This document shows positions 12,152 through 25,082 of a DNA stretch of 64,000 nt, one piece after another (the stretch's first letter is position 1; each line of letters starts with the position of its first letter). Below the pieces are notes generated by a model that was not told the origin of the DNA, ran no database searches, and worked only from the letters and a program-made list of their open reading frames with translations. A program made the position numbers and the translations under genes. The stretch lies in contig NC_042997.1 of NCBI RefSeq assembly GCF_006345805.1, forward strand, positions 162,688,001-162,752,000, read 5' to 3'. The DNA comes from Octopus sinensis (taxonomy: Eukaryota).

Positions 12152-12280
12152 GCCTCTTTCAGTTTCAGTCTATCAAATCCATTCACAAAGCTTTGGTTGG
12201 CCTGAGGCTATAGTAGAAAACCCTTGTCCAAGGTGCCATGCAAGGGGACTGAACCTGGAACCATGGGGTTGGAAACTACA
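11905..12280 (-). mobile_element. SINE family A
   Basis: TACTTGTTTCAGTCATTTGAC...(CA)n(TA)n...TTTCAGTTTCAGTCTATCAAATCC...CCAAGGTGCCATGC. Confidence 0.8.
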
Positions 12281-12649
12281 CGAGAACGTAAAATATATGG
12301 GTTGAATAACATTTTACTACACAAAATTACTTCATTTCAATGTTGGAGATGTGAAAAGCAGTAACGTTTGATATTGAATTTGAACAAACGTGTGTGTGTT
12401 TGTGAAGTGACTAAGAAACTAGGTGAATGACCAGAATGGTCATTTTTCGGTAAGTGTAAATAATACAAGAAGAGTGAAAGACTACTTAGATGAGGTGGGG
12501 GATGAAGAGTTACAGCTAATTAAGAGGGGTGGAGTGGAGAATGGTTGTCTTTGTATTCAAAAAGCCATTGGTTGCCGCATGGGAGTATTTTTTCCCCTTC
12601 CAGATTCTTGTCCATCATTCTTATTTCCACTCTTAACCTTTCTCTCTCC

Positions 12650-12960
12650 TGTAATTATATTTTCTCTCTCTTCTCTCTCACAATATTTCAATATCACTCT
12701 CTCTTGATGTCAACTTCATTATTTTTTTCAACCATTTTTATCCCCCTTCCTTTTATTACTTCATCTTTTTTTCTCTGTCTTTGCTTGCTCTTTTTGCTTT
12801 TCTCTCTCTTCATGTTACTCTTTCTCTCTCTCTCTCTCTCATCCCGCTCTTTCTCTATCTCTCCACCCCCACCCCTTCTCTCTCCTTCATCTTTCTATTC
12901 CTCTCTCAGTTCTATCTGCTGTCCTTACTTTCATTTCTCCCTCCCTCGCTCCTCGAGTCT
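12650..12960. repeat. CT-rich low-complexity tract
   Basis: Pyrimidine-rich tract; explains the L/S/F-rich ORFs. Confidence 0.8.
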
Positions 12961-14119
12961 TCTCTTTAATGATGAATTAGAGAACTTCAATTATTTGCAA
13001 CTGCTTAAGAACATAAAATGCTCCTTGCCATCCCCAGACCCTTTATAGCCAGTCTTTGTGCAGAGCAAGCTAGCATACAAGCACCTATCATTAACAGGAA
13101 ATTAGACACAAATGAGTGACTGTAGGAGTGGGAGGAGGGAGTGTAAGAGCTGCCTTGTGTCTCCCTAAAGGTGTCACTCGGCATTGCTATGAAAATAACA
13201 GGCTAGCACTAGAGTTTGCCACAAATTAGATTATAACTTCAAACAGTGTTATAACACTAGTAATAGGCCATTGTACCAAGTCTGTCATTATGTAAGTAAT
13301 ATCTTGTCACAACGGCTTAATTAACACAGATAACGAGCTAACAGCTAACGGTAGTCAGAAACTGGATATTGATGCTAGTCGTACAGTTTTAGGGATCAAC
13401 TGAAATAGAAGTAACTGCTTAGGATTCCTACAGGCTGCCTCTTGTGTTCATTGGTGGTGTTATCATTGAAGCTAGTTATCTGGATGTGTTAAATAACTTG
13501 TGAATTGTATTGAGAGATAGCTGCTATAGCCATTGTTGAATGGTTTAACTAATATAGTCTTTGTCTAAATTTTTCTAGCCTATAAAATTCTTACCTGGTC
13601 TTAAATTGTGTCTGTTATTATCAGACACTGTATAATTATATCATTGTCTGTTCACTATGTATATGAAGAGAGACAACAAATCTATATCTTTTCCAATACA
13701 GTTGTCAGCTTGTATAAGTTCTTATAGCCTCCTGTTCATTAGACCATTATGATTACAGCTTCTTTCTTTTTGGTTTGCCAGTCTATTTTTGTGTAGCTGT
13801 GCATATATGCATGCTTACATTAATTCTTTTTTCTGGAGTACCACAGTTTTTAACAAGTAACAGTCATGTCTGAAATTTACCTCTTTCATTATGCTATGAG
13901 ACACAAGTACTATACAGACAGAAGCATTTCACAGTGACAATGAGAACTAAACTTAAAACAATAAAATCCATTTAAATATATAGTATGGGTAGTGGTGGGC
14001 AGAATCAATTGAGTGTTTGGTAAACTACTTGTGCATAGTGTTGTAGAGGGTTGATATAACTGTATTCTTGAAGATGACATCCCAGCATGGCTAAAGTAAA
14101 AGAACTAAAGAATGCACTC

Positions 14120-14380
14120 TTTTACTTGTTTCAGTCATTTGACTGTGGCTATGCTGGAGTACCACCTTTAGTCAACCAAATTGACCTCAGGACTTATTCT
14201 TTGTAAGCCTAGTACTTATTCAATACAGCTTGGTACCAGTAACGTCGCAACTCATTTCTACAGCTGAGTGAACTGGAGCAATGTGAAATAAAATGTCTTG
14301 CTCAAGAACACAACCTGATCTGGGAATCAAACTTCATGATTTTGAGCCCAATGCTCTAATTATTGAGCCATGTGCTTTAA
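14120..14380 (-). mobile_element. SINE A 3' fragment followed by a CORE-type SINE fragment
   Basis: TTTACTTGTTTCAGTCATTTGACTG...; then CAGCTGAGTGAACTGGAGCAATGTGAAATAAAATGTCTTGCTCAAG, the reverse complement of the 49990-50040 core. Confidence 0.7.
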
Positions 14381-14390
14381 CTATTGACAT

Positions 14391-14517
14391 TGTTTTGAAC
14401 TAATCATGCATTATCTTGCAGCTTTGTTTGAGATTTCAATGATGTGTTTGAGTGGCCAGATCTTGACAGGTAGAATATTTGGGCCAGATACAGTCAGTTT
14501 AAATGTTAAAGGGTTAA
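14391..14517 (+). mobile_element. piggyBac-type MITE, 3' part
   Basis: Ends AAATGTTAAAGGG|TTAA; homologous to the 22903-23490 element. Confidence 0.65.
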
Positions 14518-15146
14518 TATTATCTGTGTGCGCAAAGATAACACAGGCTCTGTTGACAAGGGACAGGAAATCCCAGATGTAATTTGAAAAAGTAAGGGTG
14601 CTTGTAGATTGTGGAGTTCTTGACATCTTTTCCTGAGGCTTATATTGCTTACATCTTACTGCTGTTTAACCCTAAGTCAATCTCTTTTGAACAGACCTAT
14701 GATTAAAGTTGATTCAACCTTGACCATCAAGTCTTTCTTTTTTTGCTTTTTCAGGTATGATGGTATATAAAGTCTACATTATCTATTGTATTTCTCCCTG
14801 AGGATATTATTTAAGAGACATTTAGCTACTATTTCTAGCAGGTCAAGCATTCATATGAACTCCCTCATTTGCTTGATTTCATTAGTGCATAGGTCATTTT
14901 GAGTGGAAGCAAGAATTTAACCACTTCTTTAAAAATCGCTATAAAGAATTTCCTGTTTTTTTTTAATTTAATGAAGTTTATGTTTGTTATAGTTACATAA
15001 CAAAATACGGTATCCCTACAGCAATTAATGTATAAATAATTATAAATTTGCTGATTACTCTTTTTTACGGTCATCTACTGATGTCTTCAATCTTTCAGTA
15101 TTCAAATGTAATTACTAATATAACCTTGTTCTGTTTTTTTTTGCAG

Positions 15147-15247
15147 AATTTCCCCTACACTAAAGTTGATGTACCAACTATTATTGCTAAAGCATGTGAG
15201 CTGGATGGATACAGGTAGTAGATATCAGTGGGACTGTTTCTATTTGG
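15147..15247 (+). other. candidate internal exon of an unidentified host gene
   Basis: Acceptor CTGTTTTTTTTTGCAG and donor TTTGG|GTAAGT. One frame is open throughout (ISPTLKLMYQLLLLKHVSWMDTGSRYQWDCFYL); another reads NFPYTKVDVPTIIAKACELDGYR to a weak donor at 15214. I do not recognise either peptide. Confidence 0.5.
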
Positions 15248-15397
15248 GTAAGTTTCATTTGTTTTGGACTATCAAAGTCTCGTAAGTGACAGGGGCAGCA
15301 TTAATACTGGGAAGTCATATTTATCCCCACTTAAACAGGATTTGTTCTAACAGAACTTCCGCATTCAAGTGGGGATAAATATTATCTTTCTGTGAAA

Positions 15398-15790
15398 TAT
15401 TGGGTTGTCCGGAAAGTTTGTGCCAATTTTTAAAGGAAAGAAAAAGGTCAATAAATACTTGCTATTACATTTTCAATCAACCAAATATGAACCATTTTGT
15501 TGCACAATGCGTCTCCATCTTTCCTTTAACTTGAAAATACCCTCTTCCTAGAATTGACGAGGTTTCATGGCAAAGAATTCATCAAGGTATCTTTTTACGT
15601 CATCCAAGGAATTGAAATTTTTACCATTAAGACTATTCTGCAGAGACCTGAATAAGTGGAAATCTGAAGGAGCAATATCTGGTGAATATGGAGGGTAGGG
15701 TAACACATCCCAGCCAAGCTGCAGCAATTTTTGTCTGGTTCCCAAAGCATCAAGTGCCGAAAATGAACTTTTTTATCTTCCATTTTAAAG
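15398..15790 (-). pseudogene. mariner transposon 3' end with transposase C-terminus
   Basis: ORF 15548-15745 TRQKLLQLGWDVLPYPPYSPDIAPSDFHLFRSLQNSL contains the YSPDLAPSD-type signature; TA|TTGGGTTGTCCGGAAAG TIR at 15398. Confidence 0.92.
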
Positions 15791-16054
15791 GGTTACAGAA
15801 TTAACACAGGTTATAGGAACATAAACCTTCTTCCACGAAAAGATAGCTTAAACTGTGCTCTAAATGGAGGTGTAGTCAAATCCTATTTTATGGATTCAAC
15901 CATGTTCTAAAAGGTAAATTACTATAAATTGGCTTAAAGACCATCCAACATGGACCAAATCACATTTCTTCAAAACAATAGCAGCAACTTCATGCTTTAA
16001 TACCAAAATGGTACATAGTACCATTATATTCAACAGAGTAACTCTCAAAGGAAA

Positions 16055-16228
16055 ATTTAGTCAAGTAAATTGACCCCAGGACTTATTCTTTGGAAGCCTA
16101 GTACTTATTCTATCGGTCACTTTTGCCGAACCATTAAGTTACGGGGACGTAAACACACCAGCATCGGTTGTCAAGTGATGTTGGGGGGACAAACATATAC
16201 ACACACACACACATATATATATACATAC

Positions 16229-16282
<54 letters not shown>

Positions 16283-16460
16283 ACATATACATATATACGA
16301 CGGACTTCTTTCAGTTTCTGTCTATCAAATCCACTCACAAGGCTTTGGTCAGCCCAAGGCTATAGTAGAAGACACTTGCTGAAGGTGCCACACAGTGGGA
16401 CAGAACCCGGAACCATGTGGTTCGTAAGCAAGCTACTTACCACACAGCTACTCCTACACC
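16055..16460 (-). mobile_element. SINE family A, relatively young
   Basis: Near-consensus sequence, CpGs retained, internal (TA)n/(CA)n. Confidence 0.85.
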
Positions 16461-17983
16461 TATGTCAATATAATGCTCTGATTTTGCTGAAGCAATTCCA
16501 TACGAAGGTATCATTGAATGTAAATAATTATGTGTGTATAATAGGTTTCCATACAGTTTCTGTCTCCCAATTCCACTCACAATGTATTGGTTGATTTGTG
16601 GCTATAGCAGAAAACACTTGCACCCAAGGTGCTGTACAGTGGGAATGGAACCTGAAACAAGAATGGCTGCAAAGCAAACTTCTTAACCACTTGGCCATGC
16701 TTGTATTTACACTCAAATGAGAAAACAATAGTATTAAAATCTAAATTCATCAGATTATGGTTTCTTTATAGTTAATACTGCTTCTTAGAACCTTTTTTCT
16801 TTTTTTCTTTTTTTACAGTTTTGCTGATTGAGATTACTTAGCAATATCAGCTGAAAATATTTTTTGAGATTGTTTTCATTGATATTTGAATAATTTTTTT
16901 TTTTGTTTTGTTTACTTTCAGACTCCTGTTATTGTTACTGTGTAAAGTTCGGGGTGTGTGGCAGAATTAATCCCATGTCACTCTCTGTTCTGACTTGGCA
17001 CCAACTACAACTAAAGCATGGCTCTGCTAATATTCTTTCTAGCCACATCAAATTTACACCGCTACGTTTCCACACCACTATGGCTTTAGTGTGCAATTTT
17101 TACATGCTCTCCTCTATTCACCGTTGTTTATACCTGTCTACATACAAGCCAGTTTGTTCAATTCTGTCATGGTTAAAATACTCAGCTCATTTTGTTCAGC
17201 CATGATAACGAAACCAAACTTACTAACTAACTATTGCTTGTTCATCCAAAAACTGCATCAGTACTTGTAACACAACTACTAATACTATTACTACTACTAC
17301 CACCGTTTAAATGCTAACACTATATTTAAAGATGAGGCTTGCTCTCCTCCCCTGCCTTCTCATTTTTATACACATCCCTTTACACATGCACTATAGCAAC
17401 TGCATGAAAAAATTTGAGATTGGGAATGAGTTTCTGAAGTATACGGCTTCAGGAATATTTTGTTTTGGTGGCGAAAATAAATACTAAATTCTGGTTTATT
17501 TTCTATTTTGTAAGAACATCTCTAAATGTGTTGGTGAGTAGTCTGTGATTCCATAAGAACTGATTACAAGAATTGATAATTTCAAGTTCAGTTGTGAGTA
17601 AAGCAATGTTTAAGTCTCTAAAACATCAAGAAGTAGCTGTTTACGGTTTATTTAAACACTCTATTTGTATTCTTTGATGATTTTTCAATTGATTTGGATT
17701 GATCCAAATTTTTCATTAAGAAATTCACTTCATTATCACTAATGGGCCACACAGTTATTACAGTAAAGTAGCTGGGGAAGAAATTATCATCATGAGAAAC
17801 TATTCAATTCTTTGTTTTATTACTTTTTTTTTTTTTCAATTTAGCCCTAGATGATATTTTAATTATTTCATCAAATAATTCATTACTCTAATTTAGTTTG
17901 ACTGAAATAATCAAATGTTTTAACTCCCTTTTAAAAAAATAAATGAATAACAAACAGCACTAAATAATGACTTCTTTTTCTAG

Positions 17984-18184
17984 ACTATCCCAAAACCTGA
18001 TTTTTATTGCTAAAATATGGCTATAGTGCTATTGGTTTTGAAAAGAAACTGAAAAGAGCCTACGTGAATCTCTACTTTCAATTGTGGATTTATGTTAGTA
18101 TTGCAGATTCCCCTAATGACAAAAATAAAAATGGTAACTGTTATTATCTAAGCACTAAAATATTCTGGAGAGTCCATGTTTGGT
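17984..18184 (+). other. candidate exon, possibly non-coding
   Basis: Acceptor CTTCTTTTTCTAG and donor TTTGGT|GTGAGT; no frame is open across it. Confidence 0.25.
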
Positions 18185-18588
18185 GTGAGTATGCCTACAG
18201 GTGTAGATTTTATACCACTGTTACTTGTTTTACAGTGATTGTTGATATACCGACCTTTCTTTAGCAAGTCAAATTTGTAATTCACTGAAAATGTCTATAT
18301 TGATATACTAAGTCATAGTTGATGCTGGCTAGATATATCAGCTATTGGTCTACTGGCCAAAGTGTCATAAGTTACTGTGCTGTGTTTATGGCTAGCACAC
18401 AAGTCAATATTCAATTCAAATGTACCCCTTGTAAGTACATCTCACTGCTGTGAGCAGTAGGGTCATAATATAAATGACAAGTGTTCTGTTAGCTTGCAGT
18501 GTTAGCTGAGTTCAGTTCCCAGTTTAACACCACCTCCTGGCCCATGGGTGCTTTTTCAGTTACACTCTGTTGTAATAATTTCAATCAG

Positions 18589-18723
18589 GTCTCTGGTCTG
18601 AAGATAACTTCCCATTTATCACAGGAACTTTGAAAAGAGTCATGGCACTGCCATTCCTCCTGTGGGGAAGCCATTAAAAGAAAACTCCTACCATAGGCAA
18701 TAACAAAGAGAGAAGGAACTTTG
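18589..18723 (+). other. candidate exon
   Basis: AATCAG| acceptor (weak pyrimidine tract) and TTTG|GTATGT donor; phase-compatible with 15147-15247, giving ..FYLGLWSEDNFPFITGTLKRVMALPFLLWGSH*. Confidence 0.25.
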
Positions 18724-20139
18724 GTATGTTTTTGTGGTATGTCAACAGTACAGTGTTTACTGGAACCACTGCCACAACAACCTTGTAAGTTGTATTTTGG
18801 AATGCAATGATAGACTGTATCTAGACTATACAACTCTATCGCCCTTGAACAACAAGCTTTATACATCATGTAGAAACAGTAGAACAATGGTAAATGCTTT
18901 ATAAATCAAGTGAATATAGCTTTGATTCTCAATTACAACCACTTCACTTGTATTACTCATATTCATGAAAACATCATGCACATCACAACTCACTTTCTTT
19001 CACCTGGTAAATTTGAGACTTTATGCCTATGTAAAATAATTAGAATTACGAACTGTCTACCTAAGAGTAGTGGGGTGTAAAATGCTCTTGAGCACTAGAA
19101 GATATCTAGTTTTAAACTGAGTTTAATTTCTGCTGAAGCTGATTTTGTCTTTCATGATATAATGATCACAAGTTGATTCAATATGTCATACCTCTTCCCT
19201 GTAAATGTTTGCCTTGTACTGGAGTTAACAGAAATAATTACCTTATTAATTGATGCTATACAGTGTAAGTTCTTCAAGAAATTAACCATGGTTACTTAAT
19301 TTATTTCATTTAGTTTTGTTGTTGTTTCACTCTGGGTCAGTCCTAATAGAACAAACTTATGATCAAAAGCATTCCAGCCATGATCGTTGGGAAGGGAATA
19401 TTATGTATGTATCTATGATTATGATATTCAAAATGTCCTTGCCATTTTAAGACAGTAGGATATGATTAGAAAGAGATTTGGTTGCTATATCTAGCAGATT
19501 AAGTGATCACATAGAGGATCCCTCATTATATCACACGTTTCTATTTCCTTTCTCTTATAATTTTGTTTATGAAATTATCATTATTGGAATGGCAGCTATG
19601 GTATGACATTAAATTCTTGGTTAATCAAATCTTTAACATGATTTTGAGCCAAAGTTCATTTCTGTTTGGCTCAGTACATATAAATATAATGCTTTTAAAA
19701 AGGAATAACCTTCTATTGCAAAGTAAATGGTGTCAATTCTCTGAACCAAGGATAAAAACGTCCCTTCTCACCTGTCTCAGAGCTGTTAGATGCATTACAG
19801 GTACTGCACTTACTCCTCTGAATTACCCTTTGATAAAATGAATAAATGAAAAACAAAATACCTTTCCCTTAGATATCAATCCTTTTACTTTTATGATAAG
19901 TATCGTTAGCATTTGAACTTGGGCCACTTTTGGCTTCAGACTACAATGTTGTAATGATTTCACACTGACATTGGATGCTTCTGAATTAAAATAGCACTTG
20001 GAGTGATTTTTGCTTTCATTCCTGCAGGAATTGATAACATAAATAAAATTAATATGCAAAGATTGGTTCCATAAAAAAAGAACCCTCTGACTTTGTACCT
20101 ACTCAGAAGAAATTGTTATAACCATAGAAGTAGTAATAC

Positions 20140-22800
20140 TGTTTATATTATGAATTGGCTGTTCCTTCTATTGTGCCAATGTAGAAAATCTTGGCAGAAT
20201 CATTAGACCATCAGACAGTATTTAGTTCTGGCCTTTTGCATTCTGAGTTCAAATCTTACCAAGGGCTATTTTACATTTCACTCTCCTAAAGTTGATAAAA
20301 TACAGTGCTAATCAAGTGTTGGGATTAATATACTTGACTCTTCTGTCCCACCAAAATTTCTTGCTTTGTGCCTATGTAAGAAATCATTACTATTATTGTT
20401 ATTATTATTATTGTGCTGGACAAAATGTTTAGCAGCATTTTTTCTGGCTTTTTACATTTTGAGTTAAAACCATGTTGAGGTCAAGTTTACTTTCCACCCT
20501 TTTGGAGTTGATGAAATAAAGTACAAGTGAAGTACTAGGATTGATGTTATCAACAATTCCCCACCCTTAAAATAACTGGCCATGTGCCCGAATTTGAAAT
20601 CATTATTATTATCATTATTATTGTTATTAAAGCAGTGAGCTGGCAGAATCGTTAGCGTGCTAGACAAAATACTTACCAGTATTTTGCCCAAATATTTCTG
20701 AGTCCAAATTCTGCCTAGGTCGACTTTGCCTTTAGTCCTTTCAGGGTTGATAAGTACCAGTTGAACGCTGGGGTTGTTGTAATTGACTCATCCCCTCCCC
20801 CCAAAATTGCTGCCCTTATGGCAAAATTTGAAACCATTATTATTATTACTACTACTACTACTATTACTAATACTACTACTAATGCGGCGAGCTGGCAGAA
20901 TCGTTAGCACTCTGAGCAAAATATTTAGTGGCATTTCATCTTTCTTCACTTTCTGAGTTAAAATTCTGCTGAGGTCAACTTTGCCTTTCATCCTTTTGGT
21001 GGGGTCGATAAAATAAGTACTAGTTGAACACTGGGGTTGATGTAATTGATTCATCCTCTGCCCCCAAATCATTGCACTTGTGACAAAATTTGAAACTATT
21101 ATTATTATGTGGCCTGATACCAAAATTTGAAACAATTATGTTTTCTATATTACATGCTATGACTTTTACATTCTGTTTTTCATCTCCCTATTATCACTAA
21201 ACCGAGTACCATTAATACAGTGGGATCCATTCAGTTAGTTGTGCCCGTTGTTTCCTGTAAACATTGGTGTTATTTTGAAACCAAAGAAATTGTTGTTTCC
21301 TATTTTATTGTTTTCTCTCTTTTATGGGCAACTATTTGTCAGAAATTCTCAAACTTTCCTTTTCTAATTAGCTGTAATTCTGGCTCCCTTTTTACCACCA
21401 TAACCCAAGAGCTGTATTTTCATCCTATGGGACTTCTGAACTGCTGCTGATTCTTATTTTATGGATGTCTGACTCTGTTTGGATTTGAACGAAGAAGTAT
21501 GCTTACCACAAAATTAGTGCTTATAAACATCCATTCTAATTATCTAAGTCTGCATCGTCTCAGTTATTAATTTACATACACATAAATATTAGATCTTCCA
21601 ATCCCTATCTGTTCTAGATGCCAAAACAATTGCTGACTAAGATAGTTACTTAAATCTCACTGGCTTAATCCCACAACTGTAGATAGGTACCAGAAATAGG
21701 TTCAGTTCATCACTGTATAGAGCCTGACCAATGTGTAATTACTGTGTATTTAGTTAGCTTGCAGTATTGAATTCAAGTTCGTGTGTGGGTCTGGAGAAGT
21801 CAAGAAGTTGCTCCATTGCTTAGCTCTATACAAGAATCCTTGCTTAGCTTGATTAGACTCAATCTCTGGCTATGATTTGGTTTGCAAGTGATGATTTGTA
21901 TGCAGCAGTCAAAACTAACTACATTACACTCCTTATATACAGATATCACTTTTACTTCGCCACATTACGTTTCATCATATATTTGATATCCATTTGAGCT
22001 TAAACTTCTTCAAAGCATTTTCATAATTAGATATAATTGGCAAATTAGCAATGTAATTAAAACATTGGATTGGAGAAATTGTCTTGCAGTATTTATCCTG
22101 ACTTTTTGAATTCTGAGTTCAGTTCTCACTGACATCAACTTTGCCTTTCCTAGTTCCAGTCTTGGGCAATGGATTGGCAGAATTGTTACAGTATCAGATA
22201 AGTTGTCTTATAGTAATTTCTATTGCTCTTTGTATTCTGAGTTCAAATCCTGCTGTGGCCATCTTGGGTACTTGACTTAATCCGTAACCCACCCAATTAA
22301 ACACCATCATCTAATCCTTGGCTTAGAGTCTGCTTTGTTGCTAGTATTTTGGCCAAGTCTTTGGTTTGAATGTAAATTCCCCTCCCCCTCCCACCAACCC
22401 TGAAGATTCCATACAAGATCATGAGCAATGTCTTTCCTCCTAACTGATAAAAACTCAGTTATCTTGTCATATTATAAAATATCCTTAGTGCTGTGAATTG
22501 GCTGAATCAGTAGCATGTCAGTATTTAGTTATGCCTCTTTATGTTCTGAGTTCAAATTCCACTGTAATAGACTTCACCCGTTATTCTTCCAAGTTTAGTA
22601 AAATAAAGTGTCTATAAAGTACAGGGGTAGATTTAATTGATTATATATCTCTCTCTAAACATGGTGATTTTTTACCAGTGTTAGAAAGCAATATATTACA
22701 CAACAACCTTACAATATTTAGATCTATCCTTTTAACTTCTGAGTTCACCCCTTTGTGGACAATGAAATAAAATCTAGACGCATTGAGTTATTCTCTTCTG
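20140..22800 (+). mobile_element. cluster of old, same-orientation tRNA-SINE family B copies
   Basis: Repeated GAGCTGGCAGAATCGTTAGC..TTCTGAGTTCAAAT..GACTTTGCCTTTCATCC..AAATTTGAAACCATTATT at ~20170, 20410, 20630, 20883, 22060, 22170 and 22490; several end in (TTA)n. Confidence 0.75.
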
Positions 22801-22902
22801 CTCTGAAATAGTATATCTTTGTATCAATGTCCTGACTTTCTTCTGTTGGCTCTCAGCTCCTGATAAAGTTATGTAGATGAGCATTGTATAACAGGGTGTG
22901 TC

Positions 22903-23490
22903 TTAATCCTTTAACATGTAGATTACTCTGCCAAATGTAATGCTTATTTATTCACATTGTTTTGAATTAATCATGCATTATCTCATGGCTTCAAAATGTT
23001 GATGATGTGATTGTTTATTTTTAGAAATATAGGGCATCAGTAAGTGGCCAGGTCTTGCTGGTTTGAACATAAAATAGGTCTAATATTTAAGCCAGATATC
23101 TCTTTCTCTTTTTTACTTGCTTCAGTCATATGACTGTGGCCATGCTGGAGCACCACCTTTAGAGTCAAGCAAATCGACCCCAGGACTTATTCTTTGGAAG
23201 CCTAGTACTTTTGCCGAACTGCTAAGTTACGGGGACATAAACGCACCACTATCGGTTGTTAAGCGATGTTGGAAGGACAAACCTATACACACACATACAT
23301 ATATATACGATGGGCTTCTTTCAGTTTCCATCTGCCAAATCCACTCAAGGCTTTGGTTGGCTGAGGCTATAGTAGAAGACACTTGCCCACGCAGTGGGAA
23401 TGAACCCGGAACCCTGTGGTTGGTAAGCAAGCTACTTACCACACAGCCACTCGAGTGCCAATATGGTCGGTTTAAATGCTAAAGGGTTAA
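22903..23490 (+). mobile_element. piggyBac-type MITE interrupted by a SINE A copy (~23101-23451, minus)
   Basis: TTAA|TCCTTTAACAT...AATGCTAAAGGG|TTAA; the body resumes after the SINE. Confidence 0.8.
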
Positions 23491-24634
23491 TCATTTTAAA
23501 CCTGGTGGATTTCATGCCTCTCCAGGTTTGAACAAGGCTGATTTCTTTCAGAAAGAAAGAAAAAAAACATCAGCTTCAGTACTAGAAGTTTGAGTATCCC
23601 GGTAAAATGAAAGGCAAAGTTTACATCGATGGGATTTTAACTCAGTATGCAGAAAGCTATAACGAATACCGCAAGACATTCTATTCAACATTTTAATGAC
23701 TCTGCCAACTGGCTGTATTTTGTACCTGTCTAAGAAATTATGATTATTAAGTCTTAAGATAGAAACCACAATAAATACTGCATAGTATTTACTTTTATTT
23801 ATCCCTCTTGGCCCTGACCATACATGTCCTAGCAAGGTCCACTTATCCTTCCATCCTGCTAGGACCAGTAATATAATGGTTTTGGTTTAATCTCCTATTC
23901 AGTTCTGCCCTCATATCTACGTAAGAAATAAAAGAAACAGAGCCTCCATGTGATCACCAAATATGCTAGAAATAGCAACCAAATTTCTTTTACTCACACT
24001 TTCACTTTCTTTAAAACAAGATGATATCTAACAGTATATGGTAGTGGTTCTTGACTCTTACACTAATTGAGGATTATTTGTTTGAATTGATTTTCCTATG
24101 AAGGCGTTTGAAAAATTTGTCTAGTCAACTTTTTTTGAATTCAACTCACAGACCCCACTACCAGGAGTCTACAGACCTGAGGCTGGGAACCATTGCTATA
24201 TTTGAGAATGTAGTATTAGAGAAAGAAAAAAAATGACTGATGGTCATAGTTGGGAAGCTTTTAAACATAAGCCTGTTCAGTTAAGGCTATCCTGGGGTTA
24301 AACAGTAATTAATGCTGTCATCATTTCATTTCCAATGGCAGTAGAAATGTCTAATAAATATATCATGTAGATGAAACAATAACCATTAATCTAGCCACAT
24401 TACTCATTAAGTATTAATCTGTTCATATTAGCTATCATGATCTTTGTTTCGATTTGACTTTTAAATTAAATTTTATTTATATGTGTTTGTAGTTGTTGTT
24501 TAACTCAAAGCCATCAGTATTGTTGGACAGACTTTAATCAAAAGCTTTCTAGCTATGACCATCCTACCTTTTCCAGACATAGTATATCTAGGACTACAAA
24601 GCCTTATGTGTCCTTTCCATTTTTTAATTTTTTT

Positions 24635-24844
24635 TTAACCCTTTTGTGATCCAATGTCTTCTAAAATACTCTGTCTATGACTTTTAATTACTTTTTAAGA
24701 TTATCAAGTATTTGGTGGCAATTAATAAAATAAATAATTATGCTATTGGGAATTTTGTATTTGAAATATAATTTAACAAAAGGTTCTTATATTAAATTAT
24801 GTTGGGATGTTTTAATTTAAACATTAATACTTTGAGAGGGTTAA
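24635..24844. mobile_element. second TTAA-flanked MITE family
   Basis: TTAA|CCCTTTTG...GAGAGGG|TTAA. Confidence 0.55.
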
Positions 24845-25082
24845 GGTAGTATAATTTCAGGACATTGACAGCATAGAGGCTTCTTTGTATCCACCAAGAG
24901 TTTATAAAATAAAACTGTAGTGATATATAATATCCACATCTTTTATGATAATATTGATCTTGTGTCTTAGCTATTGAAATAAAGTACAGGCTATTGTTAA
25001 TGTCATTTCACCCCAATTAAACCATGATTGACATCCAAATATGTCCTTTTTTTTAGCTTGTTAGGGTGTAGTTTGAGAAAAT

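Noticed and set aside
12969-13060. C-box-like ATGATGA (also GTGATGA at 21888)
   Set aside because: No D box (CTGA) or terminal stem at a suitable distance.
13595-13654. Minus-strand exon-like segment with CAG|GTAAGA donor
   Set aside because: Stops in all three frames and no supporting partner exons.
16903-17205. 100-aa plus-strand ORF behind a strong acceptor at 16921
   Set aside because: No recognisable domain, random-looking composition and no convincing donor; mentioned only as a splice-site candidate.
18315-18540. Run of six to eight small hairpins suggesting a structured ncRNA
   Set aside because: The stems are only 5-9 bp with G-U pairs, roughly what chance gives in 230 nt; no snoRNA boxes or known motif.
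18585-18887. 100-aa Cys-rich minus-strand ORF
   Set aside because: No motif or splice support; length within chance expectation.
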